A DNA stretch of 64,000 nt from Campylobacteraceae bacterium (GCA_031284315.1 JAITAB010000058.1:11800-75799); one strand, 5' to 3'; positions 1-11,866 are shown, counted from the first letter of the stretch. The notes: a model not told the origin generated them from the sequence alone. Program-made: numbers and translations.

Positions 1-152
1 TCAATCTCAAAAAGAAAGGATGTAAAATGTCGTTATTTTCAATAGATACAAACATTTCGTCAAAGAGGACGTTAATTTTAAATACTAATAATTCATTTTG
101 GATTAAGTTAAAAAACTTGTTTTATTTTTCTGCCTGCTTTAAAAGATTTGAT

Positions 153-1187
153 ATGAAAAAGTCATATAAAGCGGCGTTTATATATTCGGCTCTTTTGTCT
201 GCGATATTGACAGGATGCGGAAATGGCAGTACAAAAGATTATCCCGATAATAAAATCATGATTAAATCTATTGCCGCAGGACGCTTGCACTCTTTTGCTT
301 TTGACGACGAGGGTAAGATTTACGCTGCCGGACGAAATATCGGCGCGCTTGGTCTGGAAGCTGTCGGCAAGGTAAACCGTTTTACGGAAGTAACCGACCT
401 GAGAGATAAAAATATCACCGCTATTGCCGCGGGAGATGATAATTCTTTTGCTTTTGGCGGCGGCAGAATTTATGGCGCGGGGTATAATGACAATGGTCAG
501 CTTGGTCTGGGAGATAAGGAAGTTCATAGCCGTTTTACGGAAGTAACCGACCTGAGAGATAAAAATATCACCGCTATTGTTTCAAAGGAATACTCTTTGG
601 CTCTCTCCGCTAACGGCGAAGTTTATATTGCGGGATTGAATGATAATGGATGGTTTGGCATGGGAGATGATGCCAACCATACCGTTTTTACGGAAGTAAC
701 CGACCTGAGAGATAAAAATATCGCCGCTATTGCTACGGGCTATAGATTTTCTTTAGCTCTCTGCGCTAACGGCGCGGTTTATGCCGCAGGAAAAAACAAT
801 AACGGTCAGCTTGGTCTGGGAGATAATATCGACCGCGCAGTTTTTACGGAAGTAACCGACCTGAGAGATAAAAATATCACCGCTATTTTTACGGGAGACA
901 AACATGCATTGGCTTTTTCAAATAACGGTAAAATTTACGCTGCGGGAAATAATATCAACGGTCAGCTTGGTTTTAGCGATAAACAGAATCGTAATATTTT
1001 TACGGAAATAACTGATTTGGAAGATAAAAATATCACCGCCGCCGCTATAAATTATTATCACTCTTTTATTGTCTCCGAAAATGGCGCGGTTTACGCCGTT
1101 GGAGACAATCGCTATGGTCAGCTCGGTCTAAGCGATGCTCACCATTATGTCTTTACGGAAGTGCCTTTTGGCTTGAATGGCGATTAA
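153..1187 (+). CDS. RCC1-type beta-propeller repeat lipoprotein
   Basis: ORF 27..1187. The internal ATG at 153 gives MKKSYKAAFIYSALLSAILTGCGNG, a signal peptide with lipobox LTGC. About seven ~51-aa repeats carry the RCC1-like signature (aG.N.nGQLGLGD ... FTEVTDL.DKNITAIa.G..hSlAl..nG.vYaaG). Confidence 0.8.
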   Translation: MKKSYKAAFIYSALLSAILTGCGNGSTKDYPDNKIMIKSIAAGRLHSFAFDDEGKIYAAGRNIGALGLEAVGKVNRFTEVTDLRDKNITAIAAGDDNSFAFGGGRIYGAGYNDNGQLGLGDKEVHSRFTEVTDLRDKNITAIVSKEYSLALSANGEVYIAGLNDNGWFGMGDDANHTVFTEVTDLRDKNIAAIATGYRFSLALCANGAVYAAGKNNNGQLGLGDNIDRAVFTEVTDLRDKNITAIFTGDKHALAFSNNGKIYAAGNNINGQLGFSDKQNRNIFTEITDLEDKNITAAAINYYHSFIVSENGAVYAVGDNRYGQLGLSDAHHYVFTEVPFGLNGD

Positions 1188-1248
1188 GAGCTTTATCAGC
1201 CGATTGACTGTTTTTGCTAAATTTTTATCGTTCATGCGTAAAAAAGTA

Positions 1249-1545
1249 TCAAAAATGCAGCCCTTTCGTTTTATACGCCCTGAAAAAATCCGAAATATCC
1301 GTCTCTAAAACATAAGCAATTTTTATCAAATGCTCAATATTAAAGTGTGCGTTGTTGCGGCAAATCTCCGCACATGATATGATGTTTACCGAGAATGTCC
1401 GATAGAAAGGGCGGGCTTTAATTGCGAAATGCCTTTGGCTTTGCGGATTTTTGCGGGGAAAATTTGAGTTTGAGCCCGTAAAAAACGATAACAGGCATGA
1501 TAATGAAGATGATAAAAAAGTCCCGCTTTCCGTACTTAACAGCAA
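1249..1545 (-). pseudogene. XRE-family helix-turn-helix protein, possibly degraded
   Basis: The C-terminal half (..QSQRHFAIKA..ISCAEICRNNAHFNIEHLIKIAYVLETDISDFF) resembles the helix 2 to helix 5 region of XRE/Cro-type HTH domains. The N-terminal part is low-complexity and has no convincing start or RBS. Confidence 0.3.
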
Positions 1546-1903
1546 GAATTTATACGGATATGATATTTTGATTCAAAAGAGTTTAAAAGCGATTTGGAGG
1601 ATTGCGCATGGTATAAAAGCAAGCCCGAGGCGCATGAATGGTTTACAAAAAATAAAAATGCTATGCAAAAAAATATGAAAACGCCGTTAAAAGACATCAA
1701 AATGCAAAGCCCGAAGAACGAAAAATCATCAAACCAGAATATGGGCATTAAAAGTTTTGCATTTGCATACAAATAATTTTAGGAGCGCAAAAAAGCATCA
1801 TTTCAAATAAAAATAAAGTATTTTTAAAAAAGACAGATTATCGGCATCAAACGGCTTGATACAAAACGCTTGGCGGTTTTGAGAAAAATAAAGAAAAAAG
1901 GAG

Positions 1904-2464
1904 TTATTTCGCTTCGTCAAGCCAGCTTAACACAGCCATTTTAAAACATGCGTAAAACATTATCAAATATCCGCCCGCTTTTACCAAGCCGCTTATAAAC
2001 CAGTCGGCTTTGACAAGCCCGAATTTGGACAATATATAATTAAAATCATGATATCCGTCAATGCCCAAAAACGATTCTGACGCGCTCACATGCAGCCCTT
2101 CATGAGCGGTAGAGATATACCACGCGGTATATTGCATGGAAAATCCCAAGAAAAAAAGTCCTAAAAAAAAGCCGAAAATATTGCCCTGCTTTTTAGAGAT
2201 AAAGCCCAGAAACAAAGGAAAGCCAAGCTGAAAAACCGTCCCCGCCGCCGCCGTTATAAACTGTGGACAACGAAGTATGTAACATACGCCATGTCCGCCT
2301 TCATGCACCATCATGAAAGTATTATCTATAACAAAATTGTAAAGCATAAAAAGCTGTTTTAAAAAATTGTCAGGATAAATAATATCCTGCCCATAAGGCT
2401 TGTAAGCGATAAAAAGCAGTAGAAAAAATATAAGAATAATTGTCGCTAATTTTTTTGCTGTCAT
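1904..2464 (-). CDS. Polytopic membrane protein with an HExxH (HEGGH) motif, possible membrane metalloprotease-like protein
   Basis: 186-aa ORF with several hydrophobic segments and the motif MMVHEGGHGVCY. No closer family recognised. Confidence 0.55.
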   Translation of the reverse strand: MTAKKLATIILIFFLLLFIAYKPYGQDIIYPDNFLKQLFMLYNFVIDNTFMMVHEGGHGVCYILRCPQFITAAAGTVFQLGFPLFLGFISKKQGNIFGFFLGLFFLGFSMQYTAWYISTAHEGLHVSASESFLGIDGYHDFNYILSKFGLVKADWFISGLVKAGGYLIMFYACFKMAVLSWLDEAK

Positions 2465-2491
2465 TTTGGCGCAGGCATAAAACTTAAAAAG

Positions 2492-2579
2492 TGGCCGGGA
2501 GAGAGGGATTCGAACCCCCGGAGGCTCTCACCTCAACGGTTTTCAAGACCGCCGCTTTAAACCGCTCAGCCATCTCCCG
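2492..2579 (-). tRNA. tRNA-Ser (anticodon UGA)
   Basis: The reverse complement folds as a cloverleaf. Acceptor CGGGAGA/TCTCCCG, anticodon loop CTTGAAA, long variable arm, T-loop GGTTCGAATCC, encoded CCA. Confidence 0.9.
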
Positions 2580-2598
2580 AATAACAATTTTGAAAAAC

Positions 2599-2754
2599 TT
2601 ATTCAGTTTTTTCTTTTACATACGAAGCGCCCTGATTGACTTTCTCTTTCGTCCAATCCGCCGCCGCTTCGGCGTCGCTTTTCACGCCATGCCAAGTATT
2701 GCCGCAACCGGCTAAAAAAAGAGCCAACATTAAAGAGTATGCAATGCGTTTCAT
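2599..2754 (-). CDS. Small lipoprotein, entericidin-like
   Basis: The internal ATG of ORF 2599..2784 gives MKRIAYSLMLALFLAGCGNTWHGVKSDAEAAADWTKEKVNQGASYVKEKTE. It has a lipobox LAGC followed by a short hydrophilic tail, as in EcnA/B-type small lipoproteins. Family assignment is from memory. Confidence 0.55.
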   Translation of the reverse strand: MKRIAYSLMLALFLAGCGNTWHGVKSDAEAAADWTKEKVNQGASYVKEKTE

Positions 2755-2772
2755 CTTTCCTCTCCTTTTTTC

Positions 2773-2846
2773 TGGAGGCGACACCCGGATTCGAACCGGG
2801 GATCAAGGCTTTGCAGGCCCGTGCCTTACCGCTTGGCTATGTCGCC
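2773..2846 (-). tRNA. tRNA-Cys (anticodon GCA)
   Basis: Reverse complement: acceptor GGCGACA/TGTCGCC, anticodon loop CTGCAAA, T-arm CCCGG-TTCGAAT-CCGGG, encoded CCA. Confidence 0.88.
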
Positions 2847-2876
2847 GCAAGCTGACAAAATCTTAAAATCTCATCA

Positions 2877-2963
2877 TGGTGCCCGAGGCCGGACTTGAAC
2901 CGGCACGAACAAAAAGTTCGAGGGATTTTAAGTCCCTTGCGTCTACCATTCCGCCACTCGGGC
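2877..2963 (-). tRNA. tRNA-Leu (anticodon UAA)
   Basis: The reverse complement starts GCCCGAGTGGCGGAATGGTAGACGC. Anticodon loop CTTAAAA, long variable arm, T-loop GGTTCAAGTCC, encoded CCA. Confidence 0.9.
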
Positions 2964-2980
2964 TTTAAATCCTTAAAACA

Positions 2981-3055
2981 TGGAGCGGGAAACGAGGTTC
3001 GAACTCGCGACCCCAACCTTGGCAAGGTTGTGCTCTACCACTGAGCTATTCCCGC
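2981..3055 (-). tRNA. tRNA-Gly (anticodon GCC)
   Basis: The reverse complement starts GCGGGAATAGCTCAGTGGTAGAGCA. Anticodon loop TTGCCAA, T-loop AGTTCGAACCT, encoded CCA. Confidence 0.9.
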
Positions 3056-3206
3056 TTAAAAAAACAAGAGGGAAAGTATAGCAAAAGTTTATTTAAATGT
3101 AAAGCCAAAAGGTGCATTTTGTCAATCTATTTTTCAATGAAAAATCCCATTTGTCGCAAAAAACAGTTTTAACAAAAACAAAAGTGCGATTTTTGCGAGC
3201 ATTTGT

Positions 3207-3212
3207 TATAAT
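3207..3212 (+). promoter_or_regulatory. Putative extended -10 element (TGtTATAAT) upstream of ilvD
   Basis: catttgTTATAATacc lies about 30 nt upstream of the ilvD ATG, with AAAGG as an RBS-like element just before the start. No experimental support. Confidence 0.35.
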
Positions 3213-3241
3213 ACCATTTTATTTGCATGTAAAGGTTGATT

Positions 3242-4921
3242 ATGCGCAGCGATATGATTAAAAAAGGGGCGCAAAGAGCGCCTCACAGAAGTTTGTTGAG
3301 AGCGGCAGGGCTTAAAGACGAGGATTTTGAAAAGCCGTTTATCGGCGTGGCAAATTCATTTGTGGAGATAATTCCCGGACATTTTTTCTTGAATAAATAT
3401 GCCGAAATTATCAAACAAGAGATAAAAGAAGCGGGCTGTGTGCCGTTTGAATTTAACACGATAGGCGTAGATGACGGCATAGCTATGGCGCATGAGGGCA
3501 TGCTTTACTCGCTGCCAAGCCGCGAAATTATCGCAAATTCCATAGAAACGATGGCAAATGCGCACATGTTTGACGCGATGATATGTATCCCGAACTGCGA
3601 CAAGATAGTTCCTGGCATGATAATGGGCGCACTGCGCGTAAATATACCGACCGTTTTTGTGAGCGGCGGACCGATGAAAAAAGGCTTTGACAAAGAGGGC
3701 AAGGCGCTTGATCTAAACGCTACTTTTGAAGCTTTAGGCAAATACAACAAAGGCGAGATAAGCGCAGAAGAGCTTCATGACATAGAGTGTAGAGCGTGTC
3801 CTGGCGGCGGGTCGTGTTCTGGGATGTTTACGGCGAACTCCATGAACACTCTCATGGAGGCTATGGGGATAGCTCTAAGCGGCAACGGAACGATATTAGC
3901 ATTAACAAAAGAACGCGAAGAGCTAATACGAAAAGCGGCGCGAACGGTCTGTAAAATAGCGCTTGACGATAGATTTAAACTGCGAAATATCATAAACGAC
4001 AAAGCGATACGAAATGCGTTTGCCATAGATATGGCGATGGGCGGCAGTTCAAACACCGTGCTTCACATGTTGGCCATTGCCAAAGAGGCGGGAGTGGATT
4101 TTGACATAAAAGATATAAACGAAATCAGCAAAAAAGTTTCGCATATAGCCAAAATCGCTCCGTCTCTCGCCACGGTTCACATGGAAGATGTGCATAGAGC
4201 CGGCGGTATGAACGCTGTCATGCATGAGATAGCAAAACTTGACAACGGCACGCTCTTTTTGGACAATTTGACGATAAGCGGAGAGAGCATAGGCGAACGC
4301 ATCAAAAACGCCGATATAAAAGACGCCGCCGTTATACATACGCTTGAAAACGCTTATTCAAAAGTGGGCGGGCTTGCCGTACTTTTTGGAAATTTAGCCG
4401 AGGAAGGGTGCGTCATAAAAACGGCAGGCATTATCGGAAGCAGAAGTTTTAGAGGTAAAGCCGTCTGTTTTGACTCGCAGCAAGACGCGATAGAAGGCAT
4501 CATGGGAGGCAGAGTTCAAAAAGGCGATGCGGTAATTTTGCGGTACGAAGGACCAAAAGGCGGACCGGGAATGCAGGAGATGCTCTCTCCAACTTCGCTG
4601 ATTGTCGGTATGGGGCTTGGAGCTGATGTTGCGCTTATAACGGACGGTAGATTTTCGGGCGCGACAAGAGGACTTAGCATAGGACATGTGAGTCCCGAAG
4701 CGGCTGAGGGCGGACTTATCGCGCTTTTAAAAGACGGCGATATTATAGAAATAGATGTGGACAAATACGCAATAAACGCTATTTTAAGCAAGGAAGAGAC
4801 AGCTTCGCGCCGCGCTTCATTCAAACCAAAAATCAAAAATATCGCGAGCCGCTGGCTAAAACAGTATAGGCAATTGGTCTCAAATGCCAGCAACGGCGCG
4901 GTTTTAAAAACTGACGATTAG
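3242..4921 (+). CDS. ilvD: Dihydroxy-acid dehydratase
   Basis: [21 protein letters not shown].. N-terminus, CDKIVPGM and [13 protein letters not shown] cluster-binding regions, and the C-terminal [23 protein letters not shown] motif. ATG at 3242 is preferred over TTG at 3236. Confidence 0.95.
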   Translation: MRSDMIKKGAQRAPHRSLLRAAGLKDEDFEKPFIGVANSFVEIIPGHFFLNKYAEIIKQEIKEAGCVPFEFNTIGVDDGIAMAHEGMLYSLPSREIIANSIETMANAHMFDAMICIPNCDKIVPGMIMGALRVNIPTVFVSGGPMKKGFDKEGKALDLNATFEALGKYNKGEISAEELHDIECRACPGGGSCSGMFTANSMNTLMEAMGIALSGNGTILALTKEREELIRKAARTVCKIALDDRFKLRNIINDKAIRNAFAIDMAMGGSSNTVLHMLAIAKEAGVDFDIKDINEISKKVSHIAKIAPSLATVHMEDVHRAGGMNAVMHEIAKLDNGTLFLDNLTISGESIGERIKNADIKDAAVIHTLENAYSKVGGLAVLFGNLAEEGCVIKTAGIIGSRSFRGKAVCFDSQQDAIEGIMGGRVQKGDAVILRYEGPKGGPGMQEMLSPTSLIVGMGLGADVALITDGRFSGATRGLSIGHVSPEAAEGGLIALLKDGDIIEIDVDKYAINAILSKEETASRRASFKPKIKNIASRWLKQYRQLVSNASNGAVLKTDD

Positions 4922-4942
4922 CGCGTGAAATAACGGAGAAGT

Positions 4943-5357
4943 TTGAGCTGTTTCTCCGTTTTAATGCGCTTCATGAAAAATTTGCGGGTTTTATCCATTT
5001 TGTGTTTTAGCGCGATGCTGTGCTTTGCAAATAAAACTTGCAAAGATATTTTCATTGACGATTACAACAGCGGGTACGGGCGCTTTTATCCGAAAGAAAA
5101 TATCGCGGGCGATATAAATATTTTCGCGCATACCAGTTAAAAGAGTATCCTGACGATATCGGGTACAAAAACCTTCGCGTAAAGCTTGATATCGGTAAAA
5201 ACTATAAGATGAATTTGAATATGTAGATATTGATTATACATGGACGGGCGGTAAAAAGCTTGATATATTACTATCGTATGACGGCAAAACAACAAGCGCA
5301 GAACTTATGCAAGAGAGCGGCGAAACAAAAATCAGCGTGATATTTTCGACGGATTAA
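4943..5357 (+). pseudogene. Decayed small secreted-protein gene, read in three frames
   Basis: ORF 4943..5140 has a signal-peptide-like N-terminus. Coding-like segments continue in other frames (KEYPDDIGYKNLRVKLDIGKNYK.., then EFEYVDIDYTWTGGKKLDILLSYDGKTTSAELMQESGETKISVIFSTD*). Confidence 0.35.
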
Positions 5358-5744
5358 TAAATTATAGAAAAAATTTTAGCCGCAATACTTCTTAATATTG
5401 TTATAGTTATTCTCCTCAGAATAGCGGCAAAACTGAGGGTAAGGTTAATGCGCAAAATACGGAAAACAAATTGATACAAATGTCCATATTATAAAGCCAA
5501 TAGCGCTAAAATGCGGATAGATATTATAATTATTATCGGCTTGTTAATATTTATAATATTTAAAATTTAATTCGGTAAATTCACTCTTTTTGTCTCTTTG
5601 TTTTATATTTTACGCTATTTGCCGCATTCAATTTTGCTAACGAAAATACAAACTAACAGACATGTTAGCGCGTTTGTTATAATTGTTGTTAGTCGTAAAT
5701 AACGCGATTTGTTGATAAAAATCGCTTTTTGTTAGCGTTAGTAG

Positions 5745-6152
5745 TTATCGCGTTTTTTGAAAAACAAGCGTATGATTTGCTCCGTAAACGCTCAAAGTAT
5801 CGCCGTTTAATTCAAAAGAGGTTATGTCCAAAAGCGCGCTTATAAAGTCTGTTTCCAATTTTGAAAGTTCGGCAGATAAAGACGCCATGCGCGTGGATAT
5901 CATTTCGGAAAAGACGATTTTATCGTTTGAAATTTTGTAATTTGCGCTAAAATTGTTTACGCCGCTAAAACCAGAAGCTTTTTTATCCGAAAACCGAAGC
6001 GCGGGCGGTTTTTCCGTATCCGGACTTTTGCCCGAAATGCTGACAAGCGTCCATGATGTGTTTATGAAAATATCCGCGCTCGAATTATTAGCTTGAAGTG
6101 CGCAGCCGATGAAAAACAGCCCAAAAATAGCGGTAAATATCGCTTTTATCAT
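5745..6152 (-). CDS. META-domain (HslJ-like) lipoprotein
   Basis: Lipobox FFIGC. WTLVSISGK ... LRFSDKKASGFSGVNNFSANYKI..DKI.FSEMISTRMA is typical of META/HslJ domains. Confidence 0.75.
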   Translation of the reverse strand: MIKAIFTAIFGLFFIGCALQANNSSADIFINTSWTLVSISGKSPDTEKPPALRFSDKKASGFSGVNNFSANYKISNDKIVFSEMISTRMASLSAELSKLETDFISALLDITSFELNGDTLSVYGANHTLVFQKTR

Positions 6153-6363
6153 AATTTCCCTTTTTGAAAAAACATAATAGCATAAAATTGGAAAAATATC
6201 TGCGCGGCGGCATGCGGCGTATAAATTTTGATAAAATTTATCTATTTTAAATTATAAATATTGCGGCATAAACGGCAAAAAGCCAAATATAAAAAGATTT
6301 CATGCGTGAAATTCAACATGTAAAGACCAAATTCGCGGCCTTTACATGTTGAGCGGGGTAAAT

Positions 6364-7341
6364 TTATATCGGAAGTACTCTGATGTTTGGACTTAATTTT
6401 TCCTGTAAAATGGACTCTATCGCAAAAAGCGTTCCTGTCGCGCCGCTGGCACAGCCGCTGCATGCGCCCAAATATCGTATATATATATCCGTATTTTCGC
6501 CCTCGTCCTTCACGTCTATAATCTCCATATTTCCGCCGTCCATGACAAGCATCGGACGAATTTGCTCGTCTAAAATTTTATCTATCTCTTTAAATTTTTG
6601 TATAACGCTCATGTCCTTAAACGACGGCGTTTCGTAATCGCCGCAAGATGCGCCTGCCAATTTCTCATACTCCATTTCGCTTCTTACCTCTTTTAGTATA
6701 TCTGTCAAATAGTACTCTCTTGCCTCATGACCGCCCGGCTTGATACAGGATTTGCAAAATGCGCCGGCTTTTGTGTATCTTGTTATATCTTCTATCGTTT
6801 TAAGGTCGTTTAGCCGTATGACCTCTTTTATTGTTCCGAGACTTACTCTCGCGCATTCGCAGACGATTATCTCATCTTCAAAACTCGCCGCATCTATGCC
6901 TTTGTACTGCGCGGCGGCGGCCTTGATGACATCGTAAGCCATCACGGAACAGTGCATTTTTTGCGGAGGAATTGACGGGATATCGGGCGTATCTCTCATG
7001 GCAAATTCCACATCAAGATTTGTTATCTTTACCGCTTCATCTACGGTTTTGCCGATGCAAAGTTCAGCCATCGTATCCGAGCTTGCTATAGCCGTGCCGC
7101 AGCCGAAACTTTTAAATTTGGCGTCTTTTATAATGTCCGTTTCGGAATCCACCGCCCAATACAGCCTGACTGCATCGCCGCAGCTTTCAGCTCCAAAATC
7201 AGCCACTATAAGTTTTAGATTTTGAGCGTTGGCTTCTTCTTCGGTTATCTCGCCTCTGTGTTTTGGGTTGTCCATGAGCGCGGCTACTTTATTGCTGTAC
7301 TCTTCCCAGATAGAGCCGCCTATCAAATCCGACTTTGCCAT
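6364..7341 (-). CDS. nifU: Fe-S cluster assembly scaffold NifU (three-domain, Helicobacter/Campylobacter type)
   Basis: N-terminal IscU-like domain (GAESCGDA, FGCGTAIASS, HCS), central CxxC ferredoxin-like segment (CECARVS .. FCKSC), and C-terminal Nfu domain (GACSGCASG). Confidence 0.93.
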   Translation of the reverse strand: MAKSDLIGGSIWEEYSNKVAALMDNPKHRGEITEEEANAQNLKLIVADFGAESCGDAVRLYWAVDSETDIIKDAKFKSFGCGTAIASSDTMAELCIGKTVDEAVKITNLDVEFAMRDTPDIPSIPPQKMHCSVMAYDVIKAAAAQYKGIDAASFEDEIIVCECARVSLGTIKEVIRLNDLKTIEDITRYTKAGAFCKSCIKPGGHEAREYYLTDILKEVRSEMEYEKLAGASCGDYETPSFKDMSVIQKFKEIDKILDEQIRPMLVMDGGNMEIIDVKDEGENTDIYIRYLGACSGCASGATGTLFAIESILQEKLSPNIRVLPI

Positions 7342-7351
7342 TTATTATCCT

Positions 7352-8626
<1,275 letters not shown>

Positions 8627-8722
8627 TTAAAACAAAATTAAAATATGCAAGAAATTTTATATTATCGCATGCATTAAGCCGCGTTATTGTATATTTTTTT
8701 AGCATTTTGAGCGTTGCCGCGC

Positions 8723-9307
8723 TTAATATCTCTTGTCCGTACCCGCATTTATCAGCGAAAAAAACTCTTTTCTTGTGTCTGTATTTTTGATAAATGCGCC
8801 GCGCAGAGCCGAAGTGGTGGTCGTGGAATTTATCTTTTCAACGCCTCTCATCTCCATGCACATGTGCCTTGCTTCTATAACTACGCCCACGCCTTTTGGC
8901 TTTATCACATCGTCTATCGCGTAAGCTATCTGTTCGGTTAATTGTTCCTGTATCTGCAAACGGCGCGCGAAAATATCTACCATGCGCGGGATTTTTGAAA
9001 GCCCCACAACTTTGCCGTTCGGGATATAAGCCACATGAGCGCGCCCGATAATCGGCAAAAGATGATGCTCGCACATGGAGTAAAACTCTATATTTCGTAT
9101 CAAAACCATTTCGTTATTGGAGCTTTCAAAAAGAGCGTCGTTTAGTACCTGCTTTGGGTCAAGCTTGTAGCCTTCCGTCATAAATTCCCACGCTTTGGCA
9201 ACGCGCGCGGGAGTTTTTAAAAGTCCTTCGCGATTTATATCTTCGCCGATTAATTTCAATATCTTTTTGACTGCCTGTTCAAATTCTTGCTGTTTTTTCG
9301 CTTCCAT
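8723..9307 (-). CDS. folE: GTP cyclohydrolase I
   Basis: [12 protein letters not shown].., [41 protein letters not shown] motifs. The internal ATG at 9307 (MEAKKQQEF) is preferred over the ORF-track start at 9418. Confidence 0.92.
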   Translation of the reverse strand: MEAKKQQEFEQAVKKILKLIGEDINREGLLKTPARVAKAWEFMTEGYKLDPKQVLNDALFESSNNEMVLIRNIEFYSMCEHHLLPIIGRAHVAYIPNGKVVGLSKIPRMVDIFARRLQIQEQLTEQIAYAIDDVIKPKGVGVVIEARHMCMEMRGVEKINSTTTTSALRGAFIKNTDTRKEFFSLINAGTDKRY

Positions 9308-9447
9308 GTTACCGCTTTTTAAAATTATCAAGGCGTAAATTCTACTAAAAAATCGTTTATATGTAAATATATCCGAACAGCATAAATGAGTTATTAAAGA
9401 AAACTTTGATATATTCACGGGAAAATTTTTATTATGCAGAGGAATCT

Positions 9448-10752
9448 ATGGAAGTTAAAGTAGTTAAAGTCAATAGCGCGAATGCGTCTGCGGCGGCAAC
9501 GATAAGCGGTAAAATTGTAGAGCAAAAAGAGGATAAGATTTTAAAAACATTGGCAAAAGATGTTCGTATTGACGGTTTTAGAAAAGGTAAAGTCCCTCCG
9601 TCCGTATTAAAAGCAAGATACGGCGAGAAAGTGAAAGCGGACGCCGAGCAGGAAGCGGTAAAAGAGTTGTATGACGCCGCGGTAAAGGAGCTGGGACTTA
9701 CGGAAAAAAGCATAGTCGGAGAGCCGATATTTTCAAAATTTGACAAAAAAGAGGACGGAATAGAGATAGAGCTTAAAATCTCTTTCAAACCTGAGGTAAA
9801 ACTGGAAGGATATGAAGAGTGTATTCCTGAGTTTAAACTCCCCTCCGTTGCTAAAAAAGAGGTTGATGAAAGGATAGATTCGCTTCTTAAAGCTTTTGCG
9901 CCGTTGAAAGCGGCAGAAACAAAAAGAGGGCTTAAAAACGGCGATTTTGCAGTGATTGATTTTGAAGGATTTATAGACGGCGCGGCATTTGAAGGCGGTA
10001 AAGCCCAAAACCACACTCTTGAAATCGGTAGCAAAAGTTTTATAGATGGGTTTGAAAAAGGTTTGATAGGCTTGAAAGCGGGCGGCGGCAAAGATGTGCA
10101 GGTAACTTTTCCAAATGAGTACGCAAATAAAGATTTGGCGGGCAAAGAGGCGGTTTTTAAAGTAAAGCTTCATGAGATAAAGGTTAAGGATATACCCGAA
10201 GAGATTGGCGAAGAGATGTTGAAAAAGCTTCTGCCCGGCGAAGAGAAGCCAACAAAAGAGCTGTTGGAAGAGAAGATAAAAGAGCAGATAAAAAATGAAA
10301 AAACTTCAAAGCTCTATCATGAAGAGTTGAAGCCGAAATTTGTAGATGCGATAGTAAAAAAATTTACTTTTGACCTGCCCGAAAATATCGTAGAACAGGA
10401 GATAGATATCCATTTTAGAAACGCTTTTGCCAATATCGCAAAAGAGGAGTTGGAAGAGTATAAAAAAGATGCCAAAAAAGCGAAAGAAAAACGAGAATCT
10501 TTCAGGGGCGACGCGCAGGACAGCGTGCGGCTGACATTTATCGTAAACGAACTTGCGATTTTGAACAATATCAGCGTAACAGACCAAGAGGTCGCGCAAA
10601 TGATATATTATGAGGCGATACAGTACGGACAAGAGCCAAAAGCGCACTTTGAAAACTACAAAAAACAGGGCGTTTTGCCCGCTATCAAAATGGCTATGAT
10701 TGAAGACAGGCTGTTTCAAGCGTTGTTTGACAGAGTCAATAAAGGAAAATGA
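9448..10752 (+). CDS. tig: Trigger factor
   Basis: N-terminal ribosome-binding motif GFRKGKVP, central FKBP-like domain ([16 protein letters not shown]), and position upstream of clpP. Start taken at MEVKVVKV. Confidence 0.92.
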   Translation: MEVKVVKVNSANASAAATISGKIVEQKEDKILKTLAKDVRIDGFRKGKVPPSVLKARYGEKVKADAEQEAVKELYDAAVKELGLTEKSIVGEPIFSKFDKKEDGIEIELKISFKPEVKLEGYEECIPEFKLPSVAKKEVDERIDSLLKAFAPLKAAETKRGLKNGDFAVIDFEGFIDGAAFEGGKAQNHTLEIGSKSFIDGFEKGLIGLKAGGGKDVQVTFPNEYANKDLAGKEAVFKVKLHEIKVKDIPEEIGEEMLKKLLPGEEKPTKELLEEKIKEQIKNEKTSKLYHEELKPKFVDAIVKKFTFDLPENIVEQEIDIHFRNAFANIAKEELEEYKKDAKKAKEKRESFRGDAQDSVRLTFIVNELAILNNISVTDQEVAQMIYYEAIQYGQEPKAHFENYKKQGVLPAIKMAMIEDRLFQALFDRVNKGK

Positions 10753-11342
10753 TGAGTTATTATATTCCGGTCGTTATAGAAAAAACAGGGCGCGGCGAAC
10801 GCAGTTACGATATATATTCAAGACTTTTGAAAGACAGGATAGTTATGCTAAGCGGCGAAATATACGATGATGTCGCATCGTCCATAGTTGCTCAAATGCT
10901 TTTTTTGGAAGCGGAAGACCCTGAAAAAGATATCTATTTTTACATAAATTCGCCCGGCGGCGTTGTTACAAGCGGACTTAGCATATACGACACGATGAAT
11001 TATATAAAACCCGATGTCGTTACCATTTGCATAGGTCAAGCGGCGTCCATGGGCGCGTTTTTGCTAAGCTGCGGAGCAAAAGAGAAGAGATTTGCCCTTC
11101 CGAATGCCAGAATCATGATACATCAGCCTTTAGGCGGCGCGCAGGGACAGGCTACCGACATAGAGATACAGGCTAAAGAGATTTTGCGTTTGAAAGAGAC
11201 GCTAAATGGGATTTTGGCGAAAAATACAGGTCAAAAAGAGGCAAAAATAGCCAAAGATACGGATAGAGATTTTTTTATGAGCGCTCATGAGGCTAAGGAA
11301 TACGGACTTATTGACAAAGTTTTGGAGAAGAGCTTTAAGTAA
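10749..11342 (+). CDS. clpP: ATP-dependent Clp protease proteolytic subunit
   Basis: [15 protein letters not shown], catalytic-Ser region [11 protein letters not shown], and IMIHQPLGG. Overlaps the tig stop by 4 nt. Confidence 0.96.
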   Translation: MMSYYIPVVIEKTGRGERSYDIYSRLLKDRIVMLSGEIYDDVASSIVAQMLFLEAEDPEKDIYFYINSPGGVVTSGLSIYDTMNYIKPDVVTICIGQAASMGAFLLSCGAKEKRFALPNARIMIHQPLGGAQGQATDIEIQAKEILRLKETLNGILAKNTGQKEAKIAKDTDRDFFMSAHEAKEYGLIDKVLEKSFK

Positions 11343-11866
11343 TGGTTAGAGAGATTTTGACTTATCCAAATCCAAAGCTTCGCGAAGCCTCCAAAGACGT
11401 TAAACATTTTGACGAAAGCCTGCATACCCTGCTTGATGATATGTATGAAACTATGCTGTACAAAAACGGCGTTGGTTTGGCCGCCATACAAGTAGGAGTC
11501 GCTCTAAATGCTCTTGTGATAAATCCGCTGAACGAAGAGGGCGAGCAAAATAAAGAAGATTTGCTTGAATTTATAAATCCGCAGATTATAGAGAGCGATG
11601 GAATTATCACATTTCAAGAAGGCTGCCTCAGCGTGCCGAGCGTTTATGAAGAGATAGAGCGGTTTCAAAAAGTGAAAGTGAAATTTTTTGACCGTTTCGG
11701 CAAAGAACATGCAGAAATTTACAAGGATTTTATGGCTGTGGCTTTGCAGCATGAGATAGACCATTTGCGCGGGCATCTTTTTATAGAAAAACTTACATAT
11801 TTAAAGCGTAAAAAATTTGAAAAAGAGTGGAAAAAGCGCATAAAAGAGAAAGCGGCGACCTTATGA
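11342..11866 (+). CDS. def: Peptide deformylase
   Basis: GVGLAAIQVG, EGCLSVP and QHEIDHL motifs. Confidence 0.95.
   Translation: MVREILTYPNPKLREASKDVKHFDESLHTLLDDMYETMLYKNGVGLAAIQVGVALNALVINPLNEEGEQNKEDLLEFINPQIIESDGIITFQEGCLSVPSVYEEIERFQKVKVKFFDRFGKEHAEIYKDFMAVALQHEIDHLRGHLFIEKLTYLKRKKFEKEWKKRIKEKAATL

Noticed and set aside
1451-1776. Two overlapping + strand ORFs (75 and 60 aa) between the RCC1 gene and the membrane protein.
   Set aside because: I saw no RBS, no recognisable motif and mutually exclusive frames. They could be debris of a lost gene, but I cannot support a call.
9432-10145. 237-aa ORF antisense to tig. Similar long antisense ORFs: 55352..56017 opposite the rhodanese gene, 31476..32123 opposite recJ, 25468..26019 opposite the GltD-like gene, and 50552..50977 opposite the lipoprotein gene.
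   Set aside because: Each lies wholly inside a confidently identified gene on the other strand. Each has a low-complexity Ser/Phe/Leu-rich composition and no motif. They are shadow ORFs.
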